A stretch of 32,000 bases of DNA from the NCBI RefSeq assembly GCF_000020225.1, contig NC_010655.1:1860001-1892000 (forward strand), in the 5' to 3' direction. The stretch comes from Akkermansia muciniphila ATCC BAA-835 (lineage in GTDB: Bacteria > Verrucomicrobiota > Verrucomicrobiia > Verrucomicrobiales > Akkermansiaceae). The notes below the pieces were generated by a model, which searched no databases, was not told where the DNA came from, and was given only the letters and a program-made list of their open reading frames with translations. How positions within the stretch are numbered: the stretch's first letter is position 1; each line of letters opens with the position of its first letter. Shown one piece after another: positions 1-6,923 of the stretch. A program made the position numbers and the translations under genes.

Positions 1-729
1 GTGCAGCTGGACAAAAACCGCATCCTTATTTCCCTGGGGCAGCATAAAAACCACCGCCGCCTGGTTATTGTGGACCGCCGCTGGGTAGGGGCCAAGACGC
101 GTGCCACGCAGACGGGGAAAGATTTGGATTCCCAGTGGACCATTCACACTTATATCCCCCAGAAAAAAGGCCATTGCAGTTATAACCGCAAGCCTTCCGC
201 CGAGTTGGTTCAGGATCCGTCCGGGGGCACGAAGAAGGTGTTGCAAATCAAGCGTCTGGATGATCCCGAACTGGTCAATGAAAAATCCAATGTGGATTAC
301 CGGAACGGCGGAGCTACCTGGAACTTTCCGAACGGGACCACGGGGCTGGTCAAATTCCGCTTCCGTGTAGTGGACGGGGAGCAGGCGGATGATTCCGGCC
401 TTCAGGTCTCTCTGACGGACCGGCTGTTTAATGCCTGTGATTCCACTACGAAGGATTATGCCCTGTTTACCTTCCCGATCAGGCTGAAACCTGCGCCCCA
501 TCTGTTGCTGGGGATGAAAAAAGTGCCTTTCACGCCCGGCGCGTGGCATGAAATTTCCCTTCTTTGGCAGGGTGGGCAGGCCGTGGTGTCTCTGGACGGA
601 AAGAAGGCCGGAACGTTGAAAATGGCTAATAAGTCCCCCAATGGAGCCAGTTATATCCATTTCATCAGCACCGGGTCCCAACCGGATGCCGGCATTCTGC
701 TGGATACGGTGAATGCCCGGGTGAAGTAA
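1..729 (+). CDS. 3' part of a larger protein whose 5' end lies outside the window. The C-terminal region looks like a beta-sandwich / concanavalin-A (LamG)-like domain. Function unassigned; possibly a glycoside-hydrolase or sialidase accessory domain.
   Basis: The frame is open from base 1 to TAA at 727-729. The base-1 GTG is a window edge, not a real start. The translation has no low-complexity bias (e.g. GLVKFRFRVVDG, VSLDGKKAGTLKM, SYIHFISTG). The domain call is by resemblance only. Confidence 0.6.
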   Translation: MQLDKNRILISLGQHKNHRRLVIVDRRWVGAKTRATQTGKDLDSQWTIHTYIPQKKGHCSYNRKPSAELVQDPSGGTKKVLQIKRLDDPELVNEKSNVDYRNGGATWNFPNGTTGLVKFRFRVVDGEQADDSGLQVSLTDRLFNACDSTTKDYALFTFPIRLKPAPHLLLGMKKVPFTPGAWHEISLLWQGGQAVVSLDGKKAGTLKMANKSPNGASYIHFISTGSQPDAGILLDTVNARVK

Positions 730-742
730 GGAGCGGCGGGAT

Positions 743-2095
743 TCAATGGTTTTCCTTCTTCGGAAGCGGCGGAGCGCTTAATTCCGGCAGGTATTTCAGC
801 ACCATCTGGAGATGTTCGTTTGACCGGTTGCCTATCCTCTGGAGGGCTGTGCGTCCGTATTTGTCTTTCAGGGATGGGTTTGCGTGGTGGTCCAGCAGAA
901 GACGCGCAATACCCAGTTTCAGCCGGTCCAGGGAATCGTCTCCCAGCAGCATGCCTCGGCAGCATGCCATGAGGGGAGTTTCTCCGGCGGCGTTTTGATG
1001 GTTGACGTCAGCTCCCTCTTTGATGAAGAGATTGACCAGATCCCTGATTTGAGGGAGGCAGGACACATCAATGAAAGCCAGCTGGCGGCACAGGTTCAGC
1101 AGGGCCGTGTCTCCCGCGGTTTCCGGCAGGGTGGTGGACGCGGGCATGGCCGCATTCACGTCCGCTCCGTATTCCAGCAGAATATGTGCAATTTGCAGTG
1201 CGGCGTTCGGAGTGTTCAGGTTCAGGGAAAGAAGGGGCGGGGCCATTTCCCCGCGGAAATTGGGATCGTACCCGGCTTCGCAAAGCTTGCGGACCAGCAG
1301 GGGGTATCCGGCGGCCGTGGCCCATGTGAGCAGACTTGTTTTTTTACCTTTCAATTCAGGCTGGAGGGAAATATCCGCACCGCATTTCAGAAGAAACAGG
1401 GCCGCTTCCTCATAGGGTGCTCCTCCAATACCGGCCACACAGGTGATGACGAGGGGCGGCCAGCCCAGCGGCCCCGGTTTATTCACATCCGCACCGTACT
1501 GAATCAGGAGATTAAGGCAGGAGAGCCTGTTATGCACCGGCAGGGGCGTGGAGTCGTCCATGCCTGGCTGGCAGGCGTAAGTCAGGGGGGTATTTCCCTG
1601 TTCGGAGTCCGGAATGGAGGGAAAGGCCTGTTGCGGCAGGATGATCTGAACGTTCGGGTCCGCATGGCGCTGTAAAAGGCGGTTCAGCAACTGCACTTCT
1701 CCGAGCCCGGCGGCGAGATGCAGCAGGGTTTCATGGGATGGAGTGATGCAGCGTCCGTCTGCGCTTTCCGCCGTGTCCCGTATCATCTGAAGCCGTTCCC
1801 TGATTTCGTCCTTCATATATTGGCGCATGGAAACCTCGGAAAACATGTGCCAGTCAATATGGCGTGAATTGAGGGAAAGCCCGCGGTAAATGAAACGTTC
1901 CGGGCTTCGATGGGCTGTGAAATTCGCTGCGGTCAGAATTTGTTCTTTTTCCGCTTTTGTCCAGATAGGGTTGAAATTCCATTCCGCGGGAGAAGAATCA
2001 TTCCTGTTCAGCCAGAAAACAGCGAAAGCCGCGGCAAGAGAGGCAAAAAAGCTCAAAGCTCCAAGAAACCAGAGAGTTTTCTTTCTTAAAGTCAT
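743..2095 (-). CDS. Membrane-anchored ankyrin-repeat protein
   Basis: Multiple ANK-like repeats are visible: LHLAAGLGEVQLLNRLLQRHADPN, GNTPLTYAC, LLIQYGADVNKPG, LLEYGADVNAAM, GETPLMACC..LLLDHHANPSLKD. I chose the start at MTLRKKTLWFLGALSFFASLAAAFAVFWL (ATG complement at 2093-2095) because a hydrophobic anchor follows immediately. Confidence 0.85.
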   Translation of the reverse strand: MTLRKKTLWFLGALSFFASLAAAFAVFWLNRNDSSPAEWNFNPIWTKAEKEQILTAANFTAHRSPERFIYRGLSLNSRHIDWHMFSEVSMRQYMKDEIRERLQMIRDTAESADGRCITPSHETLLHLAAGLGEVQLLNRLLQRHADPNVQIILPQQAFPSIPDSEQGNTPLTYACQPGMDDSTPLPVHNRLSCLNLLIQYGADVNKPGPLGWPPLVITCVAGIGGAPYEEAALFLLKCGADISLQPELKGKKTSLLTWATAAGYPLLVRKLCEAGYDPNFRGEMAPPLLSLNLNTPNAALQIAHILLEYGADVNAAMPASTTLPETAGDTALLNLCRQLAFIDVSCLPQIRDLVNLFIKEGADVNHQNAAGETPLMACCRGMLLGDDSLDRLKLGIARLLLDHHANPSLKDKYGRTALQRIGNRSNEHLQMVLKYLPELSAPPLPKKENH

Positions 2096-2213
2096 GTGTA
2101 TCATAAGCAGGGGTACTGCGAAAGGCCATGATGCAGGAATCCATAACTCCGGGCAATGAAAAAATAGTATGAGCAAAGAATGCCCGGGGCAAACCATGTG
2201 GGAATTCGGGTGG

Positions 2214-2228
2214 CGGATTGCAAATTCG
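2214..2228. promoter_or_regulatory. Palindromic site A, CGGATTGCAAATTCG (family CGRATT-N3-AATYCG)
   Basis: Read directly from the sequence. Its reverse complement matches site B at 14 of 15 positions. It lies 119 bp upstream of the ankyrin gene start. Confidence 0.4.
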
Positions 2229-2380
2229 GAGGAGAATTTTTTCCTCTTCATCTGGGAAAAAAGCTCGTGGATAAAGAGAATTACGAAGGAAACGGAAAAT
2301 ATGGTGTCATGGGCCGGACTTCACAAAAATTATGGAGTTTATGGCGTGGATCATTTAACTCCAATTATTTGAATTGTATC

Positions 2381-2395
2381 CGAATTTGCAATTCG
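2381..2395. promoter_or_regulatory. Palindromic site B, CGAATTTGCAATTCG (arms extend to CCGAATT/AATTCGG at 2380-2396)
   Basis: Read directly. It is the inverted partner of site A, 167 bp away start to start. It contains a TTGCAA -35-like hexamer, with TAAATATT 15-17 nt downstream. Confidence 0.4.
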
Positions 2396-2641
2396 GTGTG
2401 ATACGCTAAATATTGCGGATGTGCGGATGGTTTCAAATTATTTGCATTTGCCGCTGCTGCACTCACGGTAGAATGAAGGAAGCTGAAACTTATGGAAGAA
2501 ATGGAGATTCTCCCGTAAAATGATGGAGAGAACTGTATCCTTGCTGCTGGCCTCCTGGTCTTTCCTTTCGCTGTCCGCTCCATGCTGTCTGAAGCCGCTC
2601 TTGCCCTGGAAGTAAGGATAAACGATGATTCTGGCAGCGTT

Positions 2642-3481
2642 ATGGATTCCGTCAAACTTATTGCGTCCGATATGGATGGGACGCTGCTTAATGGAAAAGG
2701 TGAATTGGACCCTGCGTTTTTTCCCTTGTTTAGGGAACTTGAGCTTCGCGGCATTCGTTTTGCGGCAGCAAGCGGCCGCCAGTATGACGGATTGCTCCGG
2801 ACCTTTGCCCCCGTGGCGGACCGGATGCTGTTTATTGCCGAGAATGGCGCTTATGCGGCGGCGGGTAGAAAAGAATGGCTGCTTCTGGACATGGATCATG
2901 AAACGGTAGCCGGTTTGATTGCCGGGATCAGGTGCATTGAAGGAACCTGCATCGTCCTCGCAGGGCGGGATTCCGCATATATTGAGGACAAACAGCCGGA
3001 ATTCGTCCGGGAGGCCCGCAAATATTACACACGCTGTCAAGAAGTGGGGGACCTGCTGGACGTGCGGGGAGACAAACTTTTGAAAATAGCAGTATATGAC
3101 TTCCTGGGAGCCGGGGAAAACAGTTATCCCCGGCTGAAGCATTTGGAACATGGCTTCCAGGTGGCTGTCTCCGGAGAGAAATGGATGGATATCAGCCGGA
3201 AAGGGGCCAATAAGGGGGCCGCTCTGGAATTGATTCAGAGGAAACTGGGAATTTCTTCGGAGGAAACGATGGTTTTCGGGGATCAGATGAATGACGCTCC
3301 AATGATGCGGCAGGCGCGTTTCAGTTATGCCATGGCGAATGCCGTGCCGGAAATCCGTTCCATGGCCGCATTTGAGGCGCCGTCCAATGAGGAAAACGGA
3401 GTGATGCAGGTGCTTGGAAAGATGTTGGACGCCCATTCTCCGCAGGGAAGGGCCGGGAATTGCAGGAAACCCCGTCTCTAA
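2642..3481 (+). CDS. Cof-type HAD-IIB family phosphatase
   Basis: HAD motif I DMDGTLL lies right after the chosen start (MDSVKLIASDMDGTLL). ASGRQ (motif II region) and GDQMNDAPMM (motif IV) are present. The length of about 279 aa is typical. The longer ORF start at 2582 adds an atypical 20-aa leader. Confidence 0.85.
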   Translation: MDSVKLIASDMDGTLLNGKGELDPAFFPLFRELELRGIRFAAASGRQYDGLLRTFAPVADRMLFIAENGAYAAAGRKEWLLLDMDHETVAGLIAGIRCIEGTCIVLAGRDSAYIEDKQPEFVREARKYYTRCQEVGDLLDVRGDKLLKIAVYDFLGAGENSYPRLKHLEHGFQVAVSGEKWMDISRKGANKGAALELIQRKLGISSEETMVFGDQMNDAPMMRQARFSYAMANAVPEIRSMAAFEAPSNEENGVMQVLGKMLDAHSPQGRAGNCRKPRL

Positions 3482-3806
3482 TTGCCGGGTAATGGAATAA
3501 AATCAGGGTTATGTTGATGTTATTGTCAGATTTTTTTAATATGCTGGCGATGGCCGTGTTCGCTTGCATTGGCGGTGTTTTTCTGGGAATGGGCTTTCTG
3601 CTGCTTAAATTGGCGGGAATTTTTTTCGGAATATTGGCGGGGTGTATTATTCTGATGGAAGCGGCCGGAAGGTGGATTTCCCATTTGATGGGGGCGTGAG
3701 TCCGTTATTCCCGGCAATGAAGGGGATTCCTGTACGCTTTCCGTGAGGGGAGAGCTTTCTGATGGCTGGGCCATTGCCGGCTGCTGTTGTTGCCGGTTCA
3801 TTGCCG
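3481..3806. repeat. Cluster of ATTGCCGG / CCGGCAAT octamer copies
   Basis: ATTGCCGGG at 3481-3489, its complement CCCGGCAAT at 3710-3718, ATTGCCGG at 3773-3780, TTGCCGG at 3790-3796, and ATTGCCG at 3800-3806. All were read directly. Confidence 0.5.
3511..3699 (+). CDS. Small hypothetical membrane protein (62 aa, two hydrophobic helices)
   Basis: The ORF has two clear hydrophobic segments (AMAVFACIGGVFLGMGFLLL and IFFGILAGCIILM). No RBS or homologue was recognised. It is bracketed by the inverted ATTGCCGGG copies. Confidence 0.35.
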   Translation: MLMLLSDFFNMLAMAVFACIGGVFLGMGFLLLKLAGIFFGILAGCIILMEAAGRWISHLMGA

Positions 3807-4098
3807 AATGCTGAAGTGGAAGGCTGCATCCTGCCTGGATTCTGCGTGTTAAAACCGGATAGCGGAGTTTTGTGATAAACAGACGTTTGCCGTAAGATGC
3901 CCTGGAAGACAGAGCCCCGCAGAAAGGAAGTCCCAGGGATATGAAATGCCGGGCGTCCCCATGGAAGGGACTGTTGCCTTTGTACTATTTGACAGGGCGG
4001 GAGACGGAATTTTACCGTCCCTCCCGTCAGCATGAAAGCTGTTGCCCTTTTTAGTTTTGCTTTTCCGCAATGTCTGTGGTACACCCGTGCCAGACGTC

Positions 4099-4479
4099 AT
4101 GAATCAGGAATTTTTTTCAGTGCTCGTGCAGGTGGCGGCCGCCTTGGGGCTGGCCGGCATGATCTTGTTGCTCAGTATCTTGATGGGCAAGCGTTCTTCC
4201 GTGCGTAAACCGGCGGACATTCCCTACGAATGCGGGATGATTCCCATGGGGGAAGGCGCCCCCATGTTCTCTGTAAAATTCTATATGGTGGCCATGCTCT
4301 TTGTCATTTTTGACTTGGAAGTGGTATTCCTCTATCCTTGGGCCGTCAATTTCCGGGACTATATTATGATGAATCCGGAATCGTTCACGGCCATGTGCAT
4401 TTTCATTGGCATTTTGCTGGTGGCCTACCTGTATGCGCTGGGCAAGGGTGCCCTGAACTGGCACCACGATCCCCGTTGA
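4099..4479 (+). CDS. nuoA: NADH-quinone oxidoreductase subunit A
   Basis: Typical NuoA/ND3 blocks are present: PYECG, FSVKFYMVAMLFVIFDLEVVFLYPWAV. Size is about 126 aa from the internal ATG at 4099 (MNQEFF...). Confidence 0.85.
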   Translation: MNQEFFSVLVQVAAALGLAGMILLLSILMGKRSSVRKPADIPYECGMIPMGEGAPMFSVKFYMVAMLFVIFDLEVVFLYPWAVNFRDYIMMNPESFTAMCIFIGILLVAYLYALGKGALNWHHDPR

Positions 4480-4500
4480 CCGTTTTTGTTCCCTTTTACC

Positions 4501-4535
4501 AACGCCGTGTTCCATGAGGAATACGGCGTTTTTTA
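4501..4535 (+). terminator. Rho-independent terminator after nuoA
   Basis: AACGCCGTGTTCC-ATGA-GGAATACGGCGTT hairpin followed by TTTTTA. Confidence 0.6.
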
Positions 4536-4699
4536 TGTGAAAGAAAAATTGCCTTGGAAAATGGCGGGGGAGAAATATCCGTAAATCCTGTCCTTTTTCC
4601 GGATGCCTGTTTGCATGTAAAATCATATTGTACAAAAGATGATTTCTCTTGCCAGAAGAGTGGAATAGGGATAGCGTTTGCGCGATCAGGAAATTCATC

Positions 4700-5860
4700 A
4701 TGAATATGCCTCTTCCTAAAACGACGCAAGGTGTTTATCGTCTGTCGGTCAGTACCTTTTATTTTCTTCAGGGTTTGGTGTTCGCCAGTTGGGCATCCCG
4801 CATCCCGGACATCAAAAGTGCATTGGGGTTGAACGATGCCGACTTGGGGTCCGTTCTCTTTGCCGTCCCGGTGGGGCAGATGTCCGCCATGGCGCTATCC
4901 GGTTACCTGGTTGGCCGTTGCGGCAGCCGGAAAATACTGATGGCGGCATCCGTCTTTTATCCTGCCGTGCTTGTATGCCTGGGTATGGCGGGGTCTTTCT
5001 GGGAACTGGCGGCCGGGTTATTTTTCTTTGGGGTAGCCGCAAATCTGACGAATATATCCGTCAATACGCAGGGAGTGGGAGTGGAACGGCTGTACCAGTG
5101 CAGCATCATGGCCCGGTTCCACGGTTTATGGAGCCTGGCGGGTTTTTTCGGAGCTTTGCTGGGAGCTGCCATGGTGGACTGGCATATTTCTGCGGAAACG
5201 CATTTCATCGCCATTTTCCTGATATGCATGATTATTCTGGCCGTTTTTTCCCCCTCTCTTCTGCCGAGGGATGCCCGGCGTTCCTCCTCCCAGGGAGGCG
5301 GCATGTTCCGGAGCATGGATGCTTATGTACTGGTCATCGGGCTGATCGCCTTCGGAAGCATGGTGAGCGAAGGAACCATGTTTGACTGGAGCGGCGTGTA
5401 CTTTGAAAGCGTGGTAAAACCCGGTCCGGGGCTGGTGCAGATGGGATACGTGGCATTCATGAGCACCATGGCCCTGGGGCGTTTTACGGCAGACCGCCTG
5501 GTGATGCGCTTCGGGCCTGTGCGGGTTCTGCGCGCCAGCGGCATCCTTATTGCCTCCGGATTGCTCGTCTCCGTCCTGTTCCCGATGCTGTGGTCCGCCA
5601 CGCTGGGCTTTCTGCTGGTGGGTTTTGGCACCTCTTCCATTGTCCCGCTCTGCTACAGCATGGCCGGGAAATCCCGGAAAATGATTCCCAGCATGGCGCT
5701 GGCTTCCGTTTCTACCATCGGCTTTCTGGGGTTCCTGATGGGGCCGCCGGTCATTGGTCATATTGCCCATGCTTCCTCCCTCCGGTGGTCTTTCTCCCTG
5801 ATTGCCCTGGTTGGACTGGGGACGGCATTCATTGCCCCTTTCCTCAAGAAATATAGGTAA
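4700..5860 (+). CDS. MFS transporter (YbjJ-like by recollection)
   Basis: About 386 aa and hydrophobic throughout, with a pattern of roughly 12 helices. The N-terminus VSTFYFLQGLVFASWASRIPDIK resembles the E. coli YbjJ family. I chose the start at MNMPLPK (ATG 4700). Confidence 0.8.
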   Translation: MNMPLPKTTQGVYRLSVSTFYFLQGLVFASWASRIPDIKSALGLNDADLGSVLFAVPVGQMSAMALSGYLVGRCGSRKILMAASVFYPAVLVCLGMAGSFWELAAGLFFFGVAANLTNISVNTQGVGVERLYQCSIMARFHGLWSLAGFFGALLGAAMVDWHISAETHFIAIFLICMIILAVFSPSLLPRDARRSSSQGGGMFRSMDAYVLVIGLIAFGSMVSEGTMFDWSGVYFESVVKPGPGLVQMGYVAFMSTMALGRFTADRLVMRFGPVRVLRASGILIASGLLVSVLFPMLWSATLGFLLVGFGTSSIVPLCYSMAGKSRKMIPSMALASVSTIGFLGFLMGPPVIGHIAHASSLRWSFSLIALVGLGTAFIAPFLKKYR

Positions 5861-5891
5861 TCACTGTTAATGATATGCCTATATTGTGAAA

Positions 5892-5976
5892 TGGTGCGCC
5901 TGGCAGGACTCGAACCTGTACGCCTTTCGGCACCAGATCCTAAGTCTGGCGCGTCTACCAATTTCGCCACAGGCGC
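5892..5976 (-). tRNA. tRNA-Leu (anticodon TAG)
   Basis: The reverse complement reads GCGCCTGTGGCGAAATTGGTAGACGCGCCAGACTTAGGATCTGGTGCCGAAAGGCGTACAGGTTCGAGTCCTGCCAGGCGCACCA. It forms a cloverleaf with anticodon loop CTTAGGA, a long variable arm, GGTTCGAGTCC in the T arm, and an encoded CCA. Confidence 0.9.
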
Positions 5977-6107
5977 AACGAACGGGCGGACGCACTCTGC
6001 CATACCAGGCTCTGGCGTTCAAGATTAAACAGGAGTTTTTACCTTTGACGCGCTTGTGGGAAGCACCTGTGGTGAGAAACCCATAGGAAAGTTAGCTGAC
6101 CTGTTGG

Positions 6108-6416
6108 GTGTCTGCTTTCTGGCGGCATTTTCCATTCATGGGCGGATGTCTGGTTCCCCAAAGGCACATTTACTCCGGATTAGAAGGGGGGGGCATTGAA
6201 TACGTCCTGGTTTGTCTGCCGGTAAAGGATGGAAAATCCTTGGTAGCTGATTCTGTGAAGGAGGTTCTGGAGAAAGGAAAGTTTTATCCCAAGCCGGTGT
6301 TGGCCGCCGGTGATGGTTACGGGGCGCAGTGTTTCGCGTATGAGGAGGGCGATACTGATGCCAAACAACGAGGCGTGAAATTAAGAAAATTCTCGAGCCA
6401 GTTAAAGCAGTCCTGA
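6108..6416 (+). CDS. Hypothetical small protein (doubtful)
   Basis: GTG-initiated ORF with acceptable codon texture but no recognisable family. It contains a G8 run at 6186-6193. Confidence 0.2.
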   Translation: MSAFWRHFPFMGGCLVPQRHIYSGLEGGGIEYVLVCLPVKDGKSLVADSVKEVLEKGKFYPKPVLAAGDGYGAQCFAYEEGDTDAKQRGVKLRKFSSQLKQS

Positions 6417-6456
6417 ACCGGAGGATGGAATATCCCAAATATTTTCCCGGGCAGGC

Positions 6457-6837
6457 TTATCCCATGATTTGTGCCGGAAAAGGAAATAGTTTCACGAACA
6501 GAAAGTCCAGCATCCCCAGGCACAGGGCGATGCAGACGGCTTTTTTAGGGGACAGGAGAGGCGTTGTTTTCAGCCAGGCGACGATGCCGGCATGAACCGC
6601 CAGAGAGATGCCCACAGACCACCAGAAGAACGGAATGCCCGTCATGGCGAAGAGGGCCGCCAGCGGGTAGGTGAATGCCAGAAAGAGTTTCATGACAGCT
6701 TCCCATTCATGCCCGCGTACCATCATCAGCTGCTTGGACAGAAGAGAGACATACAGGCAGGAAGGGACTACAACGCACAGGATGAGGGAAACAACCCCTT
6801 TTTTTGCATACCGTTCTTCCTGTGTGGGAATGTACAT
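6457..6837 (-). CDS. Hypothetical integral membrane protein (126 aa)
   Basis: The translation shows three to four hydrophobic helices. It is divergent from uvrB. No family was recognised. Confidence 0.5.
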   Translation of the reverse strand: MYIPTQEERYAKKGVVSLILCVVVPSCLYVSLLSKQLMMVRGHEWEAVMKLFLAFTYPLAALFAMTGIPFFWWSVGISLAVHAGIVAWLKTTPLLSPKKAVCIALCLGMLDFLFVKLFPFPAQIMG

Positions 6838-6923
6838 GCCGCATATACTGGGTCAGGAGGGGAAAATTGTCAAACATTGTCCTAGCCCGGCGGGGCGGGA
6901 GCAATATACTGACGGCATTGCGT

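Noticed and set aside
2096-2251. N-terminal 52-codon extension of the ankyrin ORF (ORF track start at 2251)
   Set aside because: The extension is not protein-like (MKRKKFSSEFAIRHPNSHMVCPGH...). It overlaps palindrome site A. The internal Met at 2095 is followed immediately by a typical membrane anchor.
2438-3436. 332-aa minus-strand ORF antisense to the HAD phosphatase gene
   Set aside because: It is the mirror frame of a confidently identified gene, with His/Arg/Pro-rich composition and no motifs. This is a typical antisense ORF in GC-rich DNA.
5892-6460. tRNA-Leu as an integration site for a mobile element
   Set aside because: No integrase, no repeat of the tRNA 3' end and no marked composition shift were visible downstream. 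There is only a 480-bp poorly explained region.
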